Source: an uncultured Actinomycetota bacterium
Lineage (GTDB): Bacteria; Actinomycetota; Thermoleophilia; RBG-16-64-13
Length of the DNA stretch: 64,000 nt
Reading direction: 5' to 3'
NCBI GenBank assembly: GCA_963736705.1
Contig: CAVTPV010000001.1
Coordinates: 485,232 to 549,231 of the forward strand
Below the pieces are notes generated by a model. That model ran no database searches and had not been told where the DNA came from. It was given only the letters and a program-made list of their open reading frames with translations. A program made the position numbers and the translations under genes. Of the stretch, positions 1 to 9,640 are shown piece by piece (position 1 is the first letter of the stretch; every line of letters starts with the position of its first letter).

Positions 1-2
1 AC

Positions 3-230
3 GACGACGTGCAGGTGGACATCCGCCCGGATGAGATGAGCGGCGTCACCTTCTCCATCCTGTTCATAGACGAACCGGCGGTATCCATCGGCGAAGTGGT
101 CACGGCCGGCAAGACCGCCATCGGCAAGGTGCGCGCGTGCCCGGAGGACCTGGGCAAGCAGCTGTCCATCTTCACGCACGACGAGGGGTCGCACGTGTTC
201 ATGCAGGCCACGGAGGAGCCCATCAGCTGA
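3..230 (+). CDS. hypothetical protein, C-terminal fragment (5' end outside window)
   Basis: Frame open from window edge to stop at 228-230 (ORF track 9..230); balanced composition; no family recognised. Confidence 0.4.
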   Translation, partial: DDVQVDIRPDEMSGVTFSILFIDEPAVSIGEVVTAGKTAIGKVRACPEDLGKQLSIFTHDEGSHVFMQATEEPIS

Positions 231-279
231 ACGCTCGCTTCTGCTAGCAAGTGCGGCGGTCAGATAGAGGTGCAGGACG

Positions 280-789
280 GTGGGGGACCGGCCTCGCGAC
301 GTCTGTGGCGTGTGCGGCTCGGTCTTCTATCAGAACCCTCTACCGGCCGCGGCCGCCCTCGTGCTGGACGACCTGCGCCGGGTGCTGCTGGTCAAGCGCA
401 AGTACCCGCCGGGCGAGGGCCTGTGGTGCCTGCCCATGGGCTTCGCGGAACTCGGGGAGACCATCGCCGAGGCGGCGCTGCGCGAACTGCACGAGGAGAC
501 GGGCGTCACCGGCCACGTGGTGCGCCTCATCAACGCCGAGTCGTCCTACGGGCCCTTCTATGGTGACGTACTCGTGGTGACGTTCGAGGTGGAGAAGCTC
601 CTGGGGATGGAGCGCGCGGGCGACGACGCCGAAGAGGTGGACTACTTCCCCCTGGACCAGCTTCCACCGCTGGCCTTCGCTCACAACGAGAAGGCCATCC
701 GGCTGTGCGCCGAACTCCACCGGGACGAGTGGGCCATCCACGATTCGTTCCGCCGGCTTCAGGAGGGCGCCAGCCGACAACGGGGCTGA
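280..789 (+). CDS. NUDIX hydrolase
   Basis: 169-aa ORF with GTG start; Nudix box GFAELGETIAEAALRELHEETGV fits the GX5EX7REUXEEXGU pattern. Confidence 0.85.
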   Translation: MGDRPRDVCGVCGSVFYQNPLPAAAALVLDDLRRVLLVKRKYPPGEGLWCLPMGFAELGETIAEAALRELHEETGVTGHVVRLINAESSYGPFYGDVLVVTFEVEKLLGMERAGDDAEEVDYFPLDQLPPLAFAHNEKAIRLCAELHRDEWAIHDSFRRLQEGASRQRG

Positions 790-817
790 AGGCTCCACGG
801 GCGCGGCCGGGGCGGAG

Positions 818-1246
818 ATGCTGTCCGACAGCCTCATCGGCTTCGTCAACGAGAGCATCCCTCTGGTGGCCCGGCTCTGGCTGGCCGACGTCCGTTCCAA
901 CCGCACCACCGCGAGCTACCTGCGCCTCGAACCCGACAAGCTCCTGGCCGAGTGCACCACCAGCCTGCAACAGCTGGGGCGCTGGCTCGAGGGCGAGAGC
1001 ACCGAGGAGCAGATCCGGCAGTTCTTCCACGACCTTGGCGTCCGCCGGAAGTCGCAGGGAGTGCCACTTCACGAGTTGCTGTCGGCCATCATGCTGCTCA
1101 AGCGGCAGATCTGGGCGCACGCCCGCTCGCAGGGCGTGTGGCAGCGCCCCATGGAGATGTACCGGGTGATGGAGCTGCAGAGCCGCTTCGCGGTGTTCTT
1201 CGACCGGGCGACGTACCACTCGGCCCGGGGCTACGTGGGGGAGTAG
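818..1246 (+). CDS. hypothetical helical protein (RsbR-N/sensor-like; family not firmly recognised)
   Basis: ATG at 818 preceded by GGCGGAG; 142 aa, uninterrupted, balanced composition. Confidence 0.5.
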   Translation: MLSDSLIGFVNESIPLVARLWLADVRSNRTTASYLRLEPDKLLAECTTSLQQLGRWLEGESTEEQIRQFFHDLGVRRKSQGVPLHELLSAIMLLKRQIWAHARSQGVWQRPMEMYRVMELQSRFAVFFDRATYHSARGYVGE

Positions 1247-1253
1247 GGCGCCC

Positions 1254-2270
1254 CTACACGTTGAACCGGAAGTTGACGATATCCCCGTCCTTGACGATGT
1301 AGTCCTTGCCCTCCACCCGCAGCACGCCGGCCTCCCGGGCCGACTTCATGCTGGCGTTGTGGGTCATGAAGTCGTCGTAGGAGATGATCTCCGCGCGGAT
1401 GAAGCCCCGCTGGATGTCGCTGTGGATGGCGCCCGCCGCTTCCTTGGCCGTCTCCCCCTTGCGGATGGGCCAGGCCCGCACCTCGTCGGTGCCCGCAGGT
1501 GAGGAAGCTGATGAGGCCGAGCTGCTCGAACGCGGCCTGAGCCACGATCTCGGAGGCAGGTCCGGGCAGCCCCAGCGCGGCGGCGTATTCGGCCTGCTCC
1601 TCTATAGAGAGCTGGGACACTTCGAGAGCGTCCGGGAAGGGGAACGCGATGATCCGCCGGCCCCGCGCGGGGCCCTCGAGCGCCGCCAGATCGGGCGTCG
1701 CGCCGGACTCGGTGTTGAGCAGCAGCAACTGCGGGGTGAGCGTCAGGAACTGGTATCCCCGGACGAAGGCCAGATCGGCCTCGTCGAAGTCCACCTCCCG
1801 CAGCGGGGTCTCGGCTTCGAGGTGTTCCTGGCACTTGAGCCAGGGCCTTCTTGCCGGAATCGGGGATGGGGGCCTTCTTGGCCCGCTCGAACGCCCGCTC
1901 GATGCGGATGAGATCGAACATCAGGAACTCGTTGTCCAGTTCGGCGAGGTCGGCGGCGGGATGGGCCTCTTCCCCGAGCATGGGGCTGTCGAAGCCGCGG
2001 AGCACGTGGACGTACACCTGGCCGCCGCCCAGCGCGTCGAGGTACTTCTCCATCTCCCCTTTGCGGCCGCTGGCCTCGGGCCACGCCACTTCGCGCACCT
2101 TGAACTCGGCGAAGGTGGTCTTCTTGGGCATGGAAGATCTCCGAGAGGGCCCGCACCCGGGCGTCGCCGACGTGGACGGTGGCCACGTGGCCGTCGCCGC
2201 GTCCTTCGGCAAGGGCCGCGACAAGGGTCGTCTTCCCGCACCCTTTGAGCCCGATGATACGTGCCTCCAC
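1254..2270 (-). pseudogene. ychF: YchF-like P-loop NTPase, at least 3 frame breaks as sequenced
   Basis: GTG at 2270 after GGGAGGAAG. P-loop GLKGCGKTT lies in ORF 1743..2486. Middle parts lie in ORFs 1364..2224 and 1231..1794. Typical YchF C-terminus ([31 protein letters not shown]...[12 protein letters not shown]) lies in ORF 1254..1481. Confidence 0.75.
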
Positions 2271-2433
2271 TGCTTCCTCCCGGTCGATCTGCGCCGCGCC
2301 GCCTGCCGCGACGTTCCAGCCTTCAGTGTAGCCCACGCGGTCGGCCACGTACGGATTTGGGATACGATGGGAGCCTGCAGTGCGTACAGTGCTACCCGGG
2401 GCTCGGCGCCTTAGGGGGCAGAGGAGGGCGATC

Positions 2434-3055
2434 GTGAAACGAGCACGCGGGTACATCGTCACCGGCGTCGTGGTCTTGGCCGTCATGCTGCTTTCGGCGG
2501 CGCTGGCAGGTTGCGGTTCCGGCGAGAAGCTCTACACGGACTCCACCTACGGCTACAGCTTCACGTACCCGAGCGGGTGGAAGGTCCAAGAGGGGTCCAG
2601 CGACGTGACCGCGGGAGGGCAGTCCGCCGGCAACGTGGGAGTCTACGACTCCGAACGGGACGAAGGTCGGTGAGACATATGTGGACTTGGCGATGATCAT
2701 GGTCTACCCCCTCAACTTCACTGTGGACGACCCGTGGTCTTCGGACATCAAGACCGAGCTGGAGGGCGTACTGACGGCGCTCGAGAACCAGACAGCCGAC
2801 GTGCAGGTGGAGACGCCGCTCGCGCAGACCACCAAGGCCGATCTTAAGGGCTACACCATCACGTACACGTTCACCAAGGACGGCACCGCGATGCGTTCGA
2901 CGCTCTACTTCCTGTTCGACAGCACCAGAGAGTACGAACTGACCGAGCAGGCGGCGGTCTCGGTGTGGGACACCACCAAGACGGCGCTGGACGACATCCT
3001 CGACAGCTTCCAGGTCGAGAAGCAGGTGACCACGACCACGGGCGAAACGAAGTAG
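2434..3055 (+). pseudogene. secreted lipoprotein (PsbP-like sequence pattern), one frame break near 2650
   Basis: GTG 2434 after GAGGAGG. Signal peptide plus lipobox LAGC. ORFs 2380..2673 and 2681..3055 join as ...GNVGVYD / PNGTKVGETYVDLAMIM.... Confidence 0.55.
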
Positions 3056-3098
3056 CAGCCGCGCCGGCGCCGACCGGCGCGAGACGCGGCTAGACAGC

Positions 3099-3133
3099 GG
3101 GGCCCGGCGGCGCCGAAAGGCGCCCCGGGCCCC
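3099..3133. terminator. long GC hairpin between convergent genes (bidirectional terminator candidate)
   Basis: GGGGCCCGGCGGCGCC-GAAA-GGCGCCCCGGGCCCC lies between the stop at 3055 (+) and the stop at 3171 (-). Confidence 0.5.
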
Positions 3134-3170
3134 GTTGCATTCCAGGTACCGAGCCGGACGGGGGCGCCGC

Positions 3171-4377
3171 CTACCTCTGCAGCGGGTACTCCTTGCAGAC
3201 CTTCTGCTCGTTCCGCTCGTCGTAGGCCACCAGCTTGCCGTCCTGCTCGTCCAGCGCGAACCACCACTTGTCGGTGGCTTCGGTGGGATGCACGTAGTTC
3301 TCGGCGACCAAGCGGGCCTTCTGCTCATCGGCGCGGCGGTGCAGCCACTCGATGCTGCCATCCCAGGCGGCGAAGTCCTCGGGCGTGGTGAACGGCACAT
3401 GCCACGGGCAGACCTTGGTGCACCGCCCGCAGACGCAGCCTTCCTTGTTGAGCACGTCGAAGTCGGAGCAGGTCTTGCTGTCGAGCTTCCAGGTGTAGTA
3501 GCCGTTGTAGAGGGTCTTCGGCCCGCGCGCGATGGCTCCGGACGGGCACTGCTGTGCGCAGACCGTGCACCGGCTGCAGTATTCCTGCAGGCCGAAGTCG
3601 ATGTAGCCGTCGACCTCCAACTCCATGTTGGTGAGCACGCAGGCCGCCTTGAAGTTGGCGCCCAGGAACGGGTTGAGGATGATGCCCATGCGGGACACCT
3701 CACCGAGGCCGGCGTCCAGCACCACTTGCGGCATGAGGGTCAGATAGCGGTTCATGTTCGAGGCTTCGGCCTCGAAGCCCAGCCTGCGCAGATAGTTGGC
3801 CGTGGTCTCGGTCTGCATGACCAGGCGCTGGTAGGCCTGGAAGCTCGCCGGATCGACGATCTCCTCCCAGCCGTTGGCCGCGTTCCAGGTGGGCTCGTGC
3901 TTCTGGCACAGGAAGACGATGGCGTACTTGTACGGCGCCTCGAGTTCCCGGCCCTTCATGTTGTGGGTGTAGACCGCAGACTGGCTCAGATGGCCGATGC
4001 CCACCATGTCGGCGCCCAGGAAGTGGGCCAGCATCTTGACGTGCCGGCTGAGTACCCGGGGATCGTCGGGGATGGGCGCCCGCTCGGGAGCCACCGGGTT
4101 GCGCTTGCGCAGGATGGCGTTGTTGACCAGGTCCTGCATATCCCAGAAGGAGCCGCCCAGGGGGTAGCGCCGGGTCATGCGCATGAACTCGCTGCTGGAT
4201 CTCCTCCCCGTACTCGCCGTACAGCGACTTGCCGAAGGGGCTCTGCCGCTCGTCCTGCCGCTCGATGGGCCCGACGATGTCGTTGGTGGGCTTGTCGACC
4301 CGCTTGAGCTTGTCGGTGGGCCATGGCCCGATCTGGCGGTCGTCGTACAGGATGTCTCGATACTTCAGGCGTTCCAT
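3171..4377 (-). pseudogene. reductive dehalogenase-family protein (cytoplasmic type, no TAT signal), one frame break near 4190
   Basis: N-terminus in ORF 3700..4377 (MERLKYRDILYDD...EYGEEIQQ); the rest in ORF 3171..4184. Two cluster motifs, CSRCTVCAQQCP and CVCGRCTKVCPW. RdhA-like segment AGLGEVSRMGIILNPFLG. The start overlaps the upstream stop (TGATG at 4375-4379). Confidence 0.7.
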
Positions 4378-5402
4378 CAGGCTATCCCCAGTCCGGCAGC
4401 GTTACGGAAATACAACAGTTCCTTCTCTTCCTGCGAGAGATCCAGGTTCTCAAGGAAAGCCAGGCTCTCGGTCATCTCTTCGTACGGGTAGTCGGTGCCC
4501 AGCAGGATCCACTCCATGCCGAACGCTTCGCGGCTGCACTTGAACGCCGCCGGCAGATAGTTGCCGCTGGTGGTCATGAGCATGTTGTCGCGCAGGTATT
4601 GGCTCGGGACCCTCTTGAGATCGGGCACGACGTCCGGGTCCGCCGCTTTGAGGTGCGGCCGTACGAACGGGTGGTCGATGCGCTGCATGAGGAAGGGCAG
4701 GCCCTCCGCGTAGTGGCCCAGCATGATCTTGAGCCTCGGGAAGGCGTCGAACGCGCCTGACAGCACCAGGCGCATCATGGCTGTGGCGGTCTCCACGCCG
4801 AAGCCGAACGCGGCGCCGGCCAGCGCCAGGCCATAGGTGCGCAGCTCCTTGATCATCGGAGCCACCGGGTGCAGGTAGATGACCACGCCCAGTTCCTCGG
4901 CCTTGGCTAGGATGGGCCAGTAGAGCTTCTCATCTATATAGGAGTCGCCGAAGTTGGAGTGTGTCTTCCAGCCTTTGAACCCGTACTCCTTCACGCAGCG
5001 CTCCAGTTCGGCGGCGGCCGCGGCGGGGTCTTTGGGCGCGAGGGCCGCGAAGCCCATGAGCCGGTCGGGATGCCTGGCGATGGCCGCGGCAAGCTCGTCG
5101 TTGGCCCGGCGGGCGATGCCCGTGCCGACGCTCGGCTCGAAGTGGTCGACTCCCGGGGAGGTCAGCGACAGGATGGCCTTGTCGATGCCGCCCTTGTCCA
5201 TCTCGGCTATTCGCCCGTCCCCGATGTCGAGCAGGCGGTTGAGCAGGAAGTCGCCGTGTGGCTCGAAGGCGTCCTCCCGGTAGTACATCCGGCGCCGCCC
5301 GGTGGCGGGATCATCCTTGAAGCGCGGGTACCCGGGGTTGGCGTACGTGGCGTCCACCCATTCCTGGGTGACGAAGTGGGTCTCGAAGTCGATGGTCTTC
5401 AT
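4377..5402 (-). CDS. Amidohydro_2-family metal hydrolase/decarboxylase-like protein
   Basis: ORF 4377..5465; probable start is ATG 5402 (MKTIDFETHF), with GGGAGG about 10 nt upstream. Amidohydro_2-like motifs IDFETHF and LGTDYPYE. Uninterrupted. Confidence 0.8.
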   Translation of the reverse strand: MKTIDFETHFVTQEWVDATYANPGYPRFKDDPATGRRRMYYREDAFEPHGDFLLNRLLDIGDGRIAEMDKGGIDKAILSLTSPGVDHFEPSVGTGIARRANDELAAAIARHPDRLMGFAALAPKDPAAAAAELERCVKEYGFKGWKTHSNFGDSYIDEKLYWPILAKAEELGVVIYLHPVAPMIKELRTYGLALAGAAFGFGVETATAMMRLVLSGAFDAFPRLKIMLGHYAEGLPFLMQRIDHPFVRPHLKAADPDVVPDLKRVPSQYLRDNMLMTTSGNYLPAAFKCSREAFGMEWILLGTDYPYEEMTESLAFLENLDLSQEEKELLYFRNAAGLGIA

Positions 5403-5507
5403 CTGGGACAGGCCTCCCGCTGTCGGGATGAACGCGAGTGCCGCCGCCCGTTGGTAAGCGTTCACTCAGTAACGCAGTAAGGATATCAACCTTGGCGGCA
5501 AAGTGCA

Positions 5508-5553
5508 GGGGAAAAAGAAGACCCCGGTCGCCGTTCCGGGCGGCGCCGGGGTC
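5508..5553 (-). terminator. rho-independent terminator after the solute-binding protein gene
   Basis: On the minus strand, GACCCCGG...CCGGGGTC with an inner CGCCG/CGGCG stem, followed by TTCTTTTTCCCC. It sits directly downstream of the stop at 5599. Confidence 0.6.
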
Positions 5554-5598
5554 CACTTTGCTACCCAGCCAAGGCCGGGCGGGCAGATTTGGTCAGGA

Positions 5599-7021
5599 CT
5601 ACGCCAGCGGCGTGGTGGCCTGTTCCACGGGGATGATCTCGTGGCCCGCGTTGCTCGTGATCTTGAGCTCGACGGCGTACTTCGTGCCTTTGACCCACTG
5701 ACCACCTGCGCACACCGTCCGGTACACGTTGGGAACCGGGTGTTTGGTGCCTTCGGCGACCGGAAGGGTGAAGTCGACCGGGCCGGCGATCGTGTCCAGT
5801 TTCATCGTGGACAGCGCCGTGGCGATGGCCGCTTTGTCGTCGAGGTTCTCGGTACGCTTCATCGCGTCGAGCGCCATCTCGAACAGCGCGTAGTGATACA
5901 GGGGCTGGACCCACTGCTCGCCCTGGCGTTTCTCGTACTCGGCCCCGTACTCCGCGCAGGTCTCGCCGGTGAGCGACGACTTGAACGGGAAGGTCGGGGT
6001 CCAGTAGACCACGGTGGTGAGGCCGAGGCCGATGTCGCCCAGCTTGTCGACGGTCTGCCAGAACTGGAGGGCCTTGCCGATGGTCACGGCTTTCGGAGAG
6101 TACCCCTGCTGCTTCGACTGCGTCCAGAAGTTGGTGAAGTCAGGAGCGGAGAGAACGCCGGCGACGATGTCGGCGCCATCATTCTTGAACGTGGAGATGA
6201 CCTTGGTGTAATCCTCGAGGCCATCCTCGAAAGCCCCCGGGTCGGAAAGCTTGTACCCCTTGGTTTCCAGCTTCGGCGGCCAGGACTTGCGATAGGCGTT
6301 GCCGTCGGCGTCGTTGGGCCACAGGGCGCCGTAGGTCTTGTTGTTCGGGAACTGGTCCCACATCGCGAAGTACAGTTCCTGGATGTCTTCCTGGCCCCAG
6401 AAGCAGTGGTAGACCCACTTGAGCTCTTTGGTGGCGTCGCCGCCCTTGAGGCCGTTGTACCAGGCCTGCCACGGGGTGTCGTTGGAGATACACGGGACGC
6501 CGGAAGCCTCCGCCTGAGCCGCCACGGGGACGGTGGTGTCGGGCGTGGAAGCGACCATCATCATGTCGATGCCCGTGTTGTTGATGAGGTCACCCGCCAC
6601 CTGGCTGGCCCTGTTCGGGTCGGACTGGCTGTCCTGCAGTTCGATCTGGATGGGGTGGCATCTTCTTGTCACCGAGGACGATGCCGTCCTTGGCATATTC
6701 GGTCCAGCGAGCCTGGACGTACTTGTCGGCCGTCCCGAAGGTGGCCAGTTTGCCGGTGATGGGGCTGACGAAGCCCAGCTTGATGGCGCGGCCCGTCTCG
6801 GCAGCGGCGCTCACGCTCGTGGTGGTCTCGCCCGCCGCGGTGGTAGTGGTCTCGCCGGCTGCGGCCGTGGTGGTGGTCGCCGCGGCTGCCGTGGTGGTGG
6901 TCTCGTCGCCGCCGCCGCAGGCCGCAAGCACGCCGCCAAGGCCGCCCGCGACGCCCAGGGATGCACCGGCGATCCCCGCCTTCTTCAGAAAATCACGCCT
7001 ACTGATCGTGTTGTCCAGCAT
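5599..7021 (-). pseudogene. ABC-type solute-binding lipoprotein (Leu/Ile/Val-binding-protein-like fold), one frame break near 6660
   Basis: Met at 7021: MLDNTISRRDFLKKAG...LAACGGG (TAT-like motif plus lipobox, then a Thr-rich linker) in ORF 6590..7114. This joins ORF 5599..6696 at ...GDKKM / HPIQIELQDSQSDPNRA. The span length is not a multiple of 3. Confidence 0.8.
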
Positions 7022-7092
7022 CTGCGCCCCCTCGCTACTCTTTTGTGTTGTTCGGCGACGACCCTGCGCATAGGGCCCCCGAGTCGAAATCA

Positions 7093-7141
7093 AGAATAGA
7101 GATTCTCGTGTCACAAGGCAAGGGATAAGAACGAGAATTCT
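7093..7141. promoter_or_regulatory. two 14-bp AGAA..TTCT palindromes in the divergent SBP/tetR intergenic region (operator candidates)
   Basis: AGAATAGAGATTCT (7093-7106) and AGAACGAGAATTCT (7128-7141). TATAGT at 7194-7199 lies 6 nt before the tetR ATG, suggesting a leaderless or near-leaderless transcript. Confidence 0.35.
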
Positions 7142-7205
7142 GATTTTTTTGTTGGACTCGCCAAATCCCCCTTCTCAGTGTCCGAGCGGTCTGTATAGTG
7201 GCCCC

Positions 7206-7857
7206 ATGGAAGACCAGTTGACGCCGTACAAGTCGCCACGCCAGAAGCGCAGCCGCGAGTCTCTCGAGCGGCTCCTGGAGTCTGCCGAGCAGCAGATCCG
7301 CGACAACGGCTTCGAGACGCTCACCGTCAGTGGGGTGGTCAACAACATCGGTCTATCTGTCGGTGCTTTCTACGCCCGCTTCCCGGACAAGACCGCCCTC
7401 CTTCACGCGGTGCAAGACAGGTTCCACGCCAAGCTGGAGCCGAAGATCCACCAGGAGATGCTCGATGAGGCCGCGACTCAGACCACCCTCGCGCGAGACT
7501 GTCGAGGCCGCCGTGGAAGTGCTCATCCGGAACGTCGTCGGCGAGCGGGAACTGTCCCGGGCGTTCATGACCCTTTCGGTCACCGATCCCATCCTTCGGG
7601 CGTTCGGCGAGCGGGTCAACCGGCAGAGGCGCGAGGCGTTCACCGAGATCGTCATGCCGCATGCCGCCGAGATCGGGCACGAGGATCCGCGGTTGGCCGT
7701 CGACATCGCCTACGGCATGTACGCCGCCGTCATCCGCGGACGCCTGGTGTTCGGGGCGGAGCACGAGCTGTACTACGGCATCGACAGCGCGACCCTCTAT
7801 CGGGAGCTCAAACAAGCCATCGTCCTGTACCTCAAGGGCGGCAAGACCACCGCCTGA
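7206..7857 (+). pseudogene. TetR-family transcriptional regulator, one frame break near 7495
   Basis: HTH segment TLTVSGVVNNIGLSVGAFYARFPDKTALL in ORF 7149..8042; C-terminal ligand domain in ORF 7330..7857. Confidence 0.8.
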
Positions 7858-7874
7858 TCCCCGCCGAAAAAGCG

Positions 7875-7900
7875 GAGAGCCCCGCTTTCGCGGGGCTCTC
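7875..7900. terminator. bidirectional rho-independent terminator
   Basis: GAGAGCCCCGC-TTTC-GCGGGGCTCTC (11-bp stem), flanked by an A-tract upstream and T-rich sequence downstream. It lies between convergent tetR (+) and the SBP gene (-). Confidence 0.6.
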
Positions 7901-7937
7901 GCTTCTCAGCGTGTCTGCTGAAGTATGTCAGCCGAAG

Positions 7938-9392
7938 CTACGCGCCGTAGGCCATGGGCTGGACTTTGGCGACCACCGGGAGGTCCGCATGGTTGGCGTT
8001 GCTCACCATGACCGGCTCGAACCCGAACTTCGGTGCCCTTGACCCACTGGGCGCCGCCCACCGGGCACTTGTAGATGTTCTTGACCGGGTGCTGGCTCTT
8101 GGCCAGGTCGGCCATGTCCACCGGCGCGGTGAAGTCGATCGGGCCGAGGCAGGTGTCCATCTTGGTGGTGTCCACCGCGGCGATGATCTCTTCTTTGTCG
8201 TCGATGTTCTTGACGCGCTTGAAGACATCCACGGCCCATTCGATACTTGGCGTACTGGGCGATGGGGGCGGTCCACTGCTCGTTGGTGGCGGCCATGTAG
8301 GCGTCGGCCATGTCCTGGCAGGACATGCCCGTGATGGAGTCTTTGTACGGCCAAGAGGGTTCCCACACGCCCTCTACCGTCATGTTGTAGTTGAACGGCC
8401 CCTCGCCGAGGCTGTCGAGCGTCTGCGGGAAGAGCAGCGCCTTGCCGATGGTGAGGACTTTGGGGTTGTAGCCCTGCTGCACCGACTGCTTCCAGAAGTT
8501 CACGAAGTCAGGGGTGATGACCGTACCGCAGCAGATCTCACAGCCGTTCTTCTTGAAGTCGGAGATGTACTTGGTGTAGTCCTCGGTGCCGACCGTGTAG
8601 AGATCGGGCAGGAAGTACTCGTACCCGGCACCCTTGACTGCCGGCGGCAGGCCGGTGGCCATGTCGGTCCAGGCTGCGCCGTCGGCGTCGTTGGCAAAGA
8701 GGAAGCCGACCTTCTTGTTGGTCTCGACCTGCCCCCACATGGCGATGAAGTTGCCGACGATGTCTTCGAGACCCAGAGCGTGAGCATAGGTCCACTTGAA
8801 GGGTTTGTCGGGCGCGCCGCCGCGGGCGAAGATGAAGGGCTGCCACGGTACGAAGTTGGCGATAGAGGGACAACCGAGCGCTTCGCACTGGTCGGCGACC
8901 GGGTTGGCGGTGTCCGGAGAGCCGGACGCCATCATCATGTCGACCTTGTCGTTGGCGATGAGGTCACCGGCCACCTGGGCAGCCCGGTTGGAGTCGGACT
9001 GGCTGTCGGTGCGCTTGATCTGGATCTTGTGCAGTTTGCCGTCGCCACCGATGATCCCGTCGGGGGTAGCGGTCTCGAGGGCGAACTTCACCCACCAGTC
9101 GTCGGCCTTGGCGAACAGGGCCAGCGGACCGGTGCTCGGGGAGACCAGCCCCAGGATGATGTCGCGGCCGGCTTCCGGGCCCGCGCTGACGGTGGTGGTG
9201 GGCTCGGCCGCGGTGGTGCTCGTGACGGCGCCGGTCGTGGTGGTCGGCCTGCGCGGTCACCGACGTCGTGGTCTCGTCACCGCCGCCGCAGGCCGCTACC
9301 ACTCCACCGAGGCCCGCGCCCAGACCGATGGTAGCTCCGGCGACCCCGGCGATCTTGAGAAAGTCACGACGGCTTACATGCTTGTCTTCCAT
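7938..9392 (-). pseudogene. ABC-type solute-binding lipoprotein, paralog of 5599..7021, at least 3 frame breaks
   Basis: ATG 9392 after GAGGAGGGG. MEDKHVSRRDFLKIAG...VAACGGG (TAT-like motif plus lipobox). Core in ORF 8003..9091; C-terminal pieces in ORFs 7906..8232 and 7938..8366. Colinear similarity to SBP1 (DSQSDxNRAxQVAGDLI, QWVKGT). Confidence 0.8.
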
Positions 9393-9640
9393 ATCCCCTC
9401 CTCAGCGGATACAACTGATGAGGGCCGCAACCAACGGCCCACGAGTCCATCCTAGCACTCAAAAAGCCTCTGAGCGATAGGCTAGTGAGCGTTCGCTTCG
9501 TTTCTTCGCGGACTTCTCGACCCTTCCCCCTGAACCGGCCGGTATCCACTGTTTTGGAGGCATCTTTATCTCCTCCTTACGCGAATCGGGCTATACTTCT
9601 CCGGCGCCGTCTTCGCAATCTCAGTCAAGAGAGGTTCTAA

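Noticed and set aside
5503-6759. Antisense or shadow ORFs of 300-550 aa (for example 5503..6759 +, 8075..9334 +, 14179..15558 +, 21322..22578 +, 26059..27345 +, 60386..62041 -)
   Set aside because: They lie opposite to, or out of frame with, genes carrying clear family motifs. Their composition is dominated by Arg, Gly, Ala, Pro, Val and His, as expected for non-coding frames of high-GC DNA.
6780-6920. Short-period repeats (ACC/GCC/GGT runs; also 9180-9300, 10240-10330, 10740-10910, 50830-51090) as a CRISPR or other non-coding repeat array
   Set aside because: They are in-frame Thr/Ala/Gly low-complexity linkers of lipoproteins and membrane proteins. They have no spacer-repeat periodicity and no cas genes.
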